Shown one piece after another: positions 9,182 to 17,344 of a DNA stretch of 45,266 nucleotides. The translations under genes and the position numbers were made by a program. Under the pieces are notes generated by a model. The model saw only the letters and a program-made list of their open reading frames with translations, had not been told where the DNA came from and ran no database searches. Source of the DNA: an uncultured bacterium (GTDB taxonomy: Bacteria; Krumholzibacteriota; Krumholzibacteriia; LZORAL124-64-63); NCBI GenBank assembly GCA_965365795.1, contig CBDUDB010000002.1, positions 1 to 45,266 on the forward strand, given 5' to 3'. Within the stretch, counting starts at the first letter, position 1. Each line of letters begins with the position of its first letter.

Positions 9182-9871
9182 TCACTCCCCCGGCCGCCCG
9201 GCCCGGGCCAGGCAAGCGAATTGAAGGTATTGCATGTCGGACCATCGGCGGAAGGTCAGTAGGTTGACCAGACGGAACTTCAGTGAGCCCGTCGGATTGA
9301 TGCCTGCCATGGTTTCGACGGTGAATCCGCATTCGTCCATCAGGCGGATCATGCTCGACCGGGTGAAAAACCGAAGATGGGTGCGGTCGAGAATTCCCTC
9401 GTCAGTGTAGTCCCAGCGTCCGTGGACGGCCAGATCGACCACATTGAAAAAATACCGCACGTTGGGAAGGGAGGCGACCAGGAAGCCGCCGGGTTTCAAC
9501 AGCGGCCGCAGGGAACCGATCAGAGACACGGGGTCAACAACGTGTTCGATCACGTCGTTCAAAACCAGGCAGTCGAAGTGACCGGCCGGCAGATCGGAAC
9601 AGACTTTCGCGACATCTCCCTGCAGAACCCGGTCCAGAACCGCGGCGGCCTTGGCTGCGGCAACCGGGTCCATCTCCACCCCCCACACTTCGACGGGCGA
9701 CCCCACCTGGGCCCGCGTCTTCTTGAGATGGTCCGCAAAAGCGCCTTCTCCACACCCCACCTCCAGGAAAACGGTGGCCTCGGCGGGGATGAAGTCGAGC
9801 ATCTCGTGCCGCTGGTTTCGGAAATATTCAGACAGTGCGGTCTCCCTCAGCAGGATCTTTTCCGGGCACAA
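9182..9871 (-). CDS. Class I SAM-dependent methyltransferase
   Basis: Motif I VFLEVGCGEGAF and post-I/II CLVLNDVIEHV. 3 nt upstream of the deacetylase gene. TTG start at 9871, with an alternative ATG 69 nt downstream. Confidence 0.78.
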   Translation of the reverse strand: MCPEKILLRETALSEYFRNQRHEMLDFIPAEATVFLEVGCGEGAFADHLKKTRAQVGSPVEVWGVEMDPVAAAKAAAVLDRVLQGDVAKVCSDLPAGHFDCLVLNDVIEHVVDPVSLIGSLRPLLKPGGFLVASLPNVRYFFNVVDLAVHGRWDYTDEGILDRTHLRFFTRSSMIRLMDECGFTVETMAGINPTGSLKFRLVNLLTFRRWSDMQYLQFACLARAGRPGE

Positions 9872-9913
9872 TGAGGTCCCGCGATTCCCAACCCAACAAC
9901 TTCATGGCAACCA

Positions 9914-11995
9914 TTAGACCATATCCTGAATTCTCCTCAGATCCGACGGGCTTCCCATGACCAGCATCTGGTCATCATCACCGAATTCAAACTGTCCATC
10001 CGGCACCCGCCCGACAATTTCGGCTCCCCCGTCCCGCTTTTGCTTGACCAGCAGCACCGTAACTCCGTAGCTGTTGCGCAGATCCAATCCCGCACAATTG
10101 CGCCCCAGGAAGGCCGCGGGAACCGGGATTTCAGCTAAACTCAGGCCCGACACCCCCGGCATGGGGGTGAAACGCCCGACATCTTCCATGGATGTAACCA
10201 TACTCGAGGCCGTCTCGCGCTTGAACATTTCGTTGTTGTACTGCTGGATGACATCCTGCACCTGGATCGCGCCAACCAGAATGCCTTCGGCGACCACGGG
10301 AACCTCGTATTGATAAAGGCCCAATTGACGAATGACTTTGTCCAACTGGTCTTCCGGTCTAACCACAGGGAAACCCTTGGATTGCATAATGTCATAAGCC
10401 ATGATGGCCTGCCCGGCCTGGTGGGTCATCCCGAGGTAGGGCCGCAAATCATCGAAATTGACAACCCCCTCCAACCTGTCCCCGGCTCCAATGACAAAAA
10501 TAGAGTTGTGTCGGTTGGTCATGAACAGGGAAAGCAATTCGAACAGATTCGCCTCTGAACTTACCTTGCCCTCGGGTTCACACATCACTTCGCTGGCCTG
10601 CAGGTGACTCAGCACATTCAAGCTGCGACCTTTGTAGAGATCCAACCCGCGGCGCAACAACTTCTTGGTGTAGATGGAGGCGCTTGTGATCCTCGAGGCC
10701 AGCATGGTGGCAATCACACACGAGATCATTAGTGGCAGGATGATTTTGTAGTCGCCCGTCAACTCGAAAATGATCATGAAGGCCGTCAAGGGCGCATGGG
10801 TCGTCGCTGCGACCACCGCACCAGCTCCCACAAGAGCGTAGGCACCCGAAGAGGCGGTAGCGGAAGGCCAGATGTTGTGAACCACCGTACCCAGTCCACC
10901 CCCGGTCATGGCTCCTATCATTAGCGATGGAGCAAAAATCCCTCCTGAGCCTCCCGACCCTATCGTGATGGCGACAGCCACGATCTTGACCAAGGCCAGC
11001 AGAAGCAAGGTCTGCAGTACAAGGTCTTCGTGCAGGGCCATCTCTATGGCCTCGTACCCTACCCCCATGATTTCCGGAAAACGCAGCGCCATCAAACCGA
11101 TCAGGAGGCCCCCGATGACCGTTTGCACGACACTTGGGATCCTGGCCAGGGGGCCCTCGAAAAAATCCTCCGCGGCATACAGGACCTTGACGAACAACAG
11201 CCCCACCAGACCGGCGATAACCCCAAGCAACCCGTAGAGGCCCAATTCCCATGAACTGACCAGGGAGTATTTAGGGATCAAAAAGGCAGGCAGATCCGCA
11301 AAGAAATGGTGACTGACCACCGTTGCTGCCACCGAAGAGATCACAATGGGGGTCAGCTGGGACGGGGCGAAGTCCCCCAGAATCACTTCGGCGGAAAACA
11401 GGACCCCGGCGATGGGCGCATTGAAGGTGGCGGCAATGCCTGCTGCCGCGCCACATCCCACCAGGGTACGAAGACGGCGCTCTCCCAGATGCATCAACTG
11501 CCCGATGGCTGAGCCAAGGGCCGACCCGATCTGCACAATGGGGCCCTCACGCCCCACCGAGCCTCCGGTTCCAATGCAAATACCGGAAGCGACCATTTTC
11601 GCCAGCACAACCCGCGCCCTTATCCGCCCCCCGCGCAGCATGACAGCTTCCATTACCTCCGGGACCCCGTGTCCCTTGGCTTCCCGTGCGAAAAAGTGGA
11701 TGATTATACCTACGAGAAGACCGCCGGCAGCCGGAATGAGAATCAATTGCCAGGGAGGATGGCTGCGAAGACCGTCCAGGGTAAAAGCCGGCATCTGCCA
11801 GGCCTGGACCTGCACCAATTGAATGAATTTTCGAAATCCGACCGCACAGAGACCGCCCAAAAGTCCCACCAAAACGGCCAAGAGGACCATCAAAGTGTGA
11901 TAGGACTCCAGAAATCGGAATCGGATACGACTTGTATTCAGCAGCTGGTTAATATTCATGGGGGGAATATCCGGAACGGGACGGCGGAATGCCAT
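9914..11995 (-). CDS. ClC-family chloride channel / H+-Cl- antiporter with C-terminal CBS pair and RCK_C (TrkA_C)-like domain
   Basis: Selectivity-filter motifs GSVGREGP and GGSGGIFAPS. About 10 or more hydrophobic helices. The C-terminal tail is CBS-like, then ...GVTVLLVKQKRDGGAEIV...GDDDQMLVMG. Start trimmed to ATG 11995 (AAGGAAA upstream). Confidence 0.88.
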   Translation of the reverse strand: MAFRRPVPDIPPMNINQLLNTSRIRFRFLESYHTLMVLLAVLVGLLGGLCAVGFRKFIQLVQVQAWQMPAFTLDGLRSHPPWQLILIPAAGGLLVGIIIHFFAREAKGHGVPEVMEAVMLRGGRIRARVVLAKMVASGICIGTGGSVGREGPIVQIGSALGSAIGQLMHLGERRLRTLVGCGAAAGIAATFNAPIAGVLFSAEVILGDFAPSQLTPIVISSVAATVVSHHFFADLPAFLIPKYSLVSSWELGLYGLLGVIAGLVGLLFVKVLYAAEDFFEGPLARIPSVVQTVIGGLLIGLMALRFPEIMGVGYEAIEMALHEDLVLQTLLLLALVKIVAVAITIGSGGSGGIFAPSLMIGAMTGGGLGTVVHNIWPSATASSGAYALVGAGAVVAATTHAPLTAFMIIFELTGDYKIILPLMISCVIATMLASRITSASIYTKKLLRRGLDLYKGRSLNVLSHLQASEVMCEPEGKVSSEANLFELLSLFMTNRHNSIFVIGAGDRLEGVVNFDDLRPYLGMTHQAGQAIMAYDIMQSKGFPVVRPEDQLDKVIRQLGLYQYEVPVVAEGILVGAIQVQDVIQQYNNEMFKRETASSMVTSMEDVGRFTPMPGVSGLSLAEIPVPAAFLGRNCAGLDLRNSYGVTVLLVKQKRDGGAEIVGRVPDGQFEFGDDDQMLVMGSPSDLRRIQDMV

Positions 11996-12100
11996 ATAAA
12001 TTTCCTTGGATTGGCCCCCAAATTTGCCCACGTGGAGATGCGGAACTCCCTGGGAATCCAACGAATGCAGGATCCCACAATCGCCCTCTGGGACCGGGAT

Positions 12101-12703
12101 TTATTTCCGCCCCTTTGGATTGAAGACCGCCTTCATCGTTTGGCAAACCAATACGAACACATCCGTTAGCCGAAGAACCCCGACAATTTCCTTGCTGTTT
12201 TCCCCTGTTACCAGCAACGAATGATGATGACCCATCAGAAGGCGGTGTATGGCATTCTGCAGAGAAGCGTCGACAGGGATGTACTCTCCCTCCGTGGGGG
12301 TGTACATGAAATCTGCAACTCTTTGTCCTCCCGCTGCCGTGCAAAGTTGGTCCAATGGCAGATTCCAACAATCGTTCTCTTTGAGGAGGAACTCGATATA
12401 GCTGTTGCTGATGCCAAACCGGGAAAGATGGGCTTCACCCAGTTTGTCGCCGAAATCCGGCTCAAGGGCTTTGATGATGTCCATCTGGCTCAGCTTGCCA
12501 ATGATGTGATTGTCTTTGTCGAAAACGAGGAGTGCTCGGTGCCTATAGGGGGTCGACTCAAATTCCGCCCGGGCTTCCTCCAGCGAAAGGATAGCCTCGT
12601 ACAAGGTGGCGTCCTGCGGAACTGTGGCGTATTCGGCCAGGGGAACCATCAAATCCTTTACAGCGATGTCTTTCATCTTGATCTTCTCTTTCCGGCTCAC
12701 CAT
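12101..12703 (-). CDS. Stand-alone CBS-pair domain protein
   Basis: Two CBS-like repeats (VKDLMVP...TVPQDATLYEA...; VADFMYTP...VDASLQNA...VGVLRLTDV). ATG 12703 overlaps the upstream regulator stop (ATGGTGA). An alternative ATG at 12676 gives MKDIAVKDLM. Confidence 0.78.
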   Translation of the reverse strand: MVSRKEKIKMKDIAVKDLMVPLAEYATVPQDATLYEAILSLEEARAEFESTPYRHRALLVFDKDNHIIGKLSQMDIIKALEPDFGDKLGEAHLSRFGISNSYIEFLLKENDCWNLPLDQLCTAAGGQRVADFMYTPTEGEYIPVDASLQNAIHRLLMGHHHSLLVTGENSKEIVGVLRLTDVFVLVCQTMKAVFNPKGRK

Positions 12704-13128
12704 CCCTTTTTCTTGAGGATGTCTTCAATGGCCTGGGCCGATCGTTTTTCCAGAAGCACCATCCGTTGGTCCGCAGCGTCGCCGATCAGACTCGTCAGGG
12801 CCTGGATATCCACGGGCTTTTCCAGGAACTCCGTGGCTCCCGTCTTTATCGCCTCGATCCCCTTGGAGACCGTAGCGTGGCCGGTAAGAATGATCACCTG
12901 CTGGTCAGCGTCCTCGGACAGCAGTCGTTTCAGGGTCTCGATACCGTCCATGCCCGGCATCTGCAGATCCAGAATCACAGCGTCGAAACGGTGAGCATCC
13001 ACGAGTTCCAGCGCCTCGGAACCGTTGGACGCCGTATACACTTCCATTTCCCGCAACTGCAGCCGTTCGGAGAGCGTCTCAGTGAATTCCGTTTCGTCGT
13101 CGACGAGCAGCACTTTCGCTTTTGCCAT
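12697..13128 (-). CDS. Single-domain response regulator (REC plus short helical tail)
   Basis: VLLVDDETEF, AVILDLQMPGMDG, VIILTGH, ATEFLEKP. Start trimmed to ATG 13128, preceded by GAAAGGAAAGG. No output domain. Confidence 0.85.
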   Translation of the reverse strand: MAKAKVLLVDDETEFTETLSERLQLREMEVYTASNGSEALELVDAHRFDAVILDLQMPGMDGIETLKRLLSEDADQQVIILTGHATVSKGIEAIKTGATEFLEKPVDIQALTSLIGDAADQRMVLLEKRSAQAIEDILKKKGW

Positions 13129-13144
13129 TTCTACACCTTTCCTT

Positions 13145-13822
13145 TCATGCAGAGACTTCCGGACCGGTGGGCAGGTTAATTTTGATCGCAAACCCGGCAT
13201 CGTTCCGTTCGATGGCCACCCTTCCTGCCAGTCGGACGACGATTCCCGACAGTTTCTCGAATTCCTCCCGTGACTCGATATCGTCGCCCCCGGAAACACA
13301 GGAAACCAGAATGTTAACACTATTGTCGTCCGGGCGTATCACAAGCTCGAGGGTTGGCGAGGGCTCCGCCGCAGCCAACACCAGCTCCCAACTGCAAAAC
13401 AGGGCTCGTTGCACCAGAAACCCGTTGCAGAGGATCGGCACCTCACTTTCAGGTGCCGTGTAGGTGAGCGTCGCCCCCCGGCGCTCTAGCAGCCGGCAGG
13501 TCAGGACGGACAGATTGTCGACCGTTTCCCGAAGATCCAGTACCCGCACCCCTTCCTCCACGCTGTGGGAAAACCGGTTCATGTGCGAAATGAGTTCCTT
13601 CCCGCGCACGGCATTCAGATCGATTTTCCCGGAGATCTGCTCCACCTTCTCCACCGGAAGGGGACGGCCGCGTTCGGCGAGTTGGACCAGGTCCCCCAAC
13701 AACCCGGAAAGTTCGCTGATGATGGTAATGACGTTGTTGAATTCGTGCGACACGTTCGCCATGATCCTGCCGAAGAACTGCAGGTCCGCCTGGAGAAGAC
13801 GTTCCCGCCCCCCGGTGTCCAT
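13145..13822 (-). CDS. Soluble histidine-kinase-like protein with an intact H-box but degenerate ATP-binding boxes (candidate His-phosphotransferase, ChpT/Spo0B-like)
   Basis: H-box ANVSHEFNNVITII in a DHp-like helix. The CA-like C-terminal domain has no recognisable N-box Asn or G1/G2 boxes (FLVQRALFCSWELVLAAAEP, VSCVSGGDDIES). The start overlaps the upstream REC stop (TGATG). Confidence 0.55.
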   Translation of the reverse strand: MDTGGRERLLQADLQFFGRIMANVSHEFNNVITIISELSGLLGDLVQLAERGRPLPVEKVEQISGKIDLNAVRGKELISHMNRFSHSVEEGVRVLDLRETVDNLSVLTCRLLERRGATLTYTAPESEVPILCNGFLVQRALFCSWELVLAAAEPSPTLELVIRPDDNSVNILVSCVSGGDDIESREEFEKLSGIVVRLAGRVAIERNDAGFAIKINLPTGPEVSA

Positions 13823-14208
13823 CAGTTTTCACCTCTTCGGTTGGCCGTGATGGCGTCCTCCATTTTGACGATGAGATCCTCCAGGTTGATTGGCTTGAGC
13901 AGATAGTCGGTCGCCCCGGCCTGGATACCATCTCTGCTGGATTCGGGCGACATATGGCCCGTCAACAGGATGACCGGCAATTCGGGCCGGAGCTTCTTGA
14001 TGAGTTTCATCACCTCGATACCGTCCTCCCCCTTAAGCTTCACATCCTGCACCACGACGCCAAATTCTTGTTCCCTGATCTTCGCGAGGGCCTGCTCGCC
14101 TGTCTGGACCCCGACCGTCTCGATCCCACGGAATTCAAGTCTCTCCACGAGGGTTGACAACAGGTCGTCCTCGTCATCGACGATCAAAACTCGGAAATGC
14201 TCACGCAT
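13822..14208 (-). CDS. Single-domain response regulator (REC only)
   Basis: VLIVDDEDD, VVVQDVKLKGEDG, VILLTGH, ATDYLLKP. The start overlaps the kinase stop by 8 nt (ATGCGTGA). Confidence 0.85.
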   Translation of the reverse strand: MREHFRVLIVDDEDDLLSTLVERLEFRGIETVGVQTGEQALAKIREQEFGVVVQDVKLKGEDGIEVMKLIKKLRPELPVILLTGHMSPESSRDGIQAGATDYLLKPINLEDLIVKMEDAITANRRGEN

Positions 14209-15928
14209 GGGTTGGCTCCTGCAGAGTGGGTTGACCGGCTGGCAGATTTATCGTGAAACGCGTTCCTTTCCCGACTTCGGATTCAACCTCGATGGTACCT
14301 TTGAGTTTCTTGACGATACCATATGTTATTGAAAGACCGAGCCCGGTTCCGTGGGATTTTTTCGTGGTGAAGAAAGGCTCGAAAATATTCTCCAAATTGG
14401 CTTGGGAGATTCCGATGCCGTCGTCCTCGATCGTCACCGACACCCGCCCCGGTTTCAGGCCTCTGATGTCGATCCGCAGGCAACCGCCCTTCTCCATGGC
14501 GTCGAAGGCGTTGTTGATCAGATTCAGGAAAAGTTGCTGCATCTGTCCCTGGTCACTATGCACCGTGGGCAACGAATCCGCGACTGTCATCTCTATCCGA
14601 ATATCCCTGAAGATGGCCTCCTTTTCCAGGAATCCAAGGACTTCCCTGATCAGCTTGTCGATCACGATGGGCTCGTGCTTGGTATCCATGTGCCGGGCGA
14701 AGCCGAGAAGGCGGTGCGTGATTTCGCTGCACCGGGTGACCGACTTGATAATACTGCCGGTCTGCTGGAGCAGTTTTTCCTTCTGTGGCGTACCCGGCGA
14801 TGACCCCAAGATGTCGGTGATCAATCCCGCCTTCTCGTTGATGATCGCCAGAGGATTGTTGATCTCGTGGGCGACACCCGCCGCCAGACGCCCGATCGAA
14901 GCCATGCGGTTGGTGTGCTCGACATTGTGGAGGGTCGCTTCCCGATGAAGATCGGATTCCTTAAGCCGGTGCACCCAGCCCGTAGTGATCCACATGATGA
15001 TCAGCAGGATAGCCACGATGCTGACAACCAGGAATGCCAGCATTTCCCCTTGGTAGAGCAACCACCCGGACATCAGTTTCTTCTGCCCGACCAGAATCAC
15101 GAATATGAACGGGGAACCTTCGATGGCTGCCGATCCCATGAAGTAGGCCTGGCCCTCGATCCCTACCTCGTCCACCAGCACCATGTGGTCGCTGTGAGCG
15201 GGAACCTCGAGAGGAAAACTTTCAAGGGCTTCACCGAAAAGTTTTGATGGTGTCTGCAGCCGACCGGACCGGTTGATCAGGAAAGCATCGAAATTGCGGG
15301 TGGGCCCGGCTATCTGGATCTGGCGGATGATGCCTTCGGTATCGATCGTGGAGCGGAATATCAGGGATCGACCGCCGGTGCCGCTCCGGTTGACGGCGAT
15401 GATGAAGTGGGGCAAGTTCCTGTGGCCCAGAAATACGTCACTGACGAACACGTCACGCTGAACCGCCTGGTTGAACCAGTCCTGGTCCCTGTCGCTCTTG
15501 CCGTCCAGGTCGTATGGGCCCGCGTAGGCCCGCATGACCCCATCGCGGTCCACGACTCCGATGTCGATGATGCCACCGAACGAATCGGTCATCCTTTCCA
15601 GGATGCCCTCCAGCACCTCTGGATCGTAAAGATCCTCCGCCTGTTCTCGGGAGACGATGTACTGGGCGGCCGCGATCCGTTCTTCAAGGAAGGATTCCAG
15701 GTAACGCTTGGTGATGGCCGCGATCCGTTCGATGGGCTGGGTGATCTCATGGCGGAAAGACCGATGGTACATGTAATAATTGACACTGGTAATCGTGAGC
15801 AAAGGCACCAGGCTGACCGCCGCAACCGCGAGCACCGTGTTGCGCCACATCCGCCGGTAGCGGGACAGGTATCCGGTTCCGTCCGCAGACGTGTCTATGA
15901 AAATGAATTTCTGAAAAAAACCGCCCAA
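14201..15928 (-). CDS. Membrane sensor histidine kinase with periplasmic Cache-like domain
   Basis: Two TM segments (NTVLAVAAVSLVPLLTITSV; LAFLVVSIVAILLIIMWITTGWV) flank a loop of about 250 aa. H-box AAGVAHEINNPLAII. NLINNAFDA, DDGIGI, GTGLGLS. The listed start is TTG 15928, with an alternative ATG at 15850. Confidence 0.87.
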   Translation of the reverse strand: MGGFFQKFIFIDTSADGTGYLSRYRRMWRNTVLAVAAVSLVPLLTITSVNYYMYHRSFRHEITQPIERIAAITKRYLESFLEERIAAAQYIVSREQAEDLYDPEVLEGILERMTDSFGGIIDIGVVDRDGVMRAYAGPYDLDGKSDRDQDWFNQAVQRDVFVSDVFLGHRNLPHFIIAVNRSGTGGRSLIFRSTIDTEGIIRQIQIAGPTRNFDAFLINRSGRLQTPSKLFGEALESFPLEVPAHSDHMVLVDEVGIEGQAYFMGSAAIEGSPFIFVILVGQKKLMSGWLLYQGEMLAFLVVSIVAILLIIMWITTGWVHRLKESDLHREATLHNVEHTNRMASIGRLAAGVAHEINNPLAIINEKAGLITDILGSSPGTPQKEKLLQQTGSIIKSVTRCSEITHRLLGFARHMDTKHEPIVIDKLIREVLGFLEKEAIFRDIRIEMTVADSLPTVHSDQGQMQQLFLNLINNAFDAMEKGGCLRIDIRGLKPGRVSVTIEDDGIGISQANLENIFEPFFTTKKSHGTGLGLSITYGIVKKLKGTIEVESEVGKGTRFTINLPAGQPTLQEPTHA

Positions 15929-15963
15929 TTCATTCTTCCCGTGTCGGGATGAAAAATGTCCGA

Positions 15964-17181
15964 TCAGTCGTTCTCGCCAAGCCCCTCCCCTGCGGCCTCT
16001 TTCGCGCGGCGCATGGTATCGGCGAGGACTTCAATGTCCACGGGTTTCTCCAGATAGGCAAAGGCGCCGAGTTCCAGGCAAAGGTCCCTGTCCTTTTGAT
16101 TGCCGTGACCGGTAAGAATGATGACTTTGACGTTCGGGTATTCCACAGAAGCACGCCTGAGAACCTCGATGCCGTCAATACCGGGCATCTTCAGATCCAG
16201 CACCATGACTTCCGGTTCCTCCTCCTCCATCAATGCCATCGCATCTTCGCCGCTGAAGACCACAGCCGGTTCGAGATCCCGCATTTCCAGACGTTCTGAA
16301 AGAGTCAACACGAAATCCCGTTCGTCGTCCACCAGAAGCACCTTTTCCGGCAACTCGAAATCGAAGGGGGTCAGGGCGGATACCGGCCGGTAGTTGGGAC
16401 CGGTCCGGACCTCGACGTCCCGAACACCGTCCAAGCCTTTCAACAGGGATTTCAGCTCGGTCTCCAGTTTGTCCAGCCGAATAACGTACTCATCGATGAC
16501 GACGGTTAGAACGTCCCGGCGACAAGAAAGGGAATGGTAGAATCCGGCCTCGATCATGGTCTGCTCGGCATGGGCCGCGGTCGCGAAATCCCGAAGAGCC
16601 TGTTTCGATTTCGCCGTCTGCTTCATCGGATCCCGGCCTGCGTATTCGACCACGAGTTCGGCCACCTCATCGACGCCCATCGTGTGTACCGGGATCTTCA
16701 GGTCATACAGGGTCGTATCCCAAGGCTGTTTGTCATAAATCTTACGGGTCCATTGGGCCCGTTTCAGATCCTCTTTCTGGATTCGGTGCAGTGCGGCTTC
16801 GAATTTGACCCCCTCTTCTTGGGCGAAAAGCTTGGCCCGCTGCTCTGGATCGTCAAGGAGGCAGACCCGCAACACATGTCCGATTTGCTGTGAGATAAGA
16901 TGAGAGGCGAACCCGGAGAGTATCTGGTTGTCGTCCAGCATATCGGCCAGTGTGGTCTTCAACTGGGCCAGATACTGCTCGCGGCGATGGGTGAACTTGT
17001 TGAAATGAAATGGCGGACCGGCCATGGCCCGCTCGAGCTTATCCCGCGGGGTGCCGAAACGTTCACCTGTCACTTCGAACAAGCGGTCTCCGATCAGCGG
17101 CCACCCGGTCATTTCACTGATCCTATTGGTGATATCCTCCGCCCGACAGAAGAAAGCACTGAATACCGAGATGATTGCCAT
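15964..17181 (-). CDS. Response regulator with N-terminal cytidylate-kinase-like (PF13189-type) domain lacking a P-loop, C-terminal REC
   Basis: The C-terminus is VLLVDDERDF, VMVLDLKMPGIDG, VIILTGHG, AFAYLEKP. The N-terminal region of about 190 aa is colinear with the cytidylate kinase-like family (…VLRVCLLDDPEQRAK…KEDLKRAQWTRKIYDKQPWDTTLYDLKI…). The Walker A position reads SVFSAFFCRAE. ATG 17181 is preferred (AAGGAG, 6-nt spacing). Confidence 0.72.
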   Translation of the reverse strand: MAIISVFSAFFCRAEDITNRISEMTGWPLIGDRLFEVTGERFGTPRDKLERAMAGPPFHFNKFTHRREQYLAQLKTTLADMLDDNQILSGFASHLISQQIGHVLRVCLLDDPEQRAKLFAQEEGVKFEAALHRIQKEDLKRAQWTRKIYDKQPWDTTLYDLKIPVHTMGVDEVAELVVEYAGRDPMKQTAKSKQALRDFATAAHAEQTMIEAGFYHSLSCRRDVLTVVIDEYVIRLDKLETELKSLLKGLDGVRDVEVRTGPNYRPVSALTPFDFELPEKVLLVDDERDFVLTLSERLEMRDLEPAVVFSGEDAMALMEEEEPEVMVLDLKMPGIDGIEVLRRASVEYPNVKVIILTGHGNQKDRDLCLELGAFAYLEKPVDIEVLADTMRRAKEAAGEGLGEND

Positions 17182-17255
17182 TATCAACTCCTTGACAATA
17201 TCATCCGTCCCAAAGAGAACATACCCATATTACCATTTTCTCGTTCCCTCGCCTA

Positions 17256-17264
17256 TGGTATAGT
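17256..17264 (+). promoter_or_regulatory. Candidate extended -10 promoter element (TGgTATAGT) for the SulP gene
   Basis: TGGTATAGT lies about 80 nt upstream of ATG 17345 in the AT-richer divergent intergenic region. No good -35 was seen. Confidence 0.3.
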
Positions 17265-17344
17265 ACCACAACAAATTACCAGATGCCATTTTCTTTGGCT
17301 TCACCTCTGCTGGGCGATGAGAATTTCGTTTGAGAGGCTAACTG

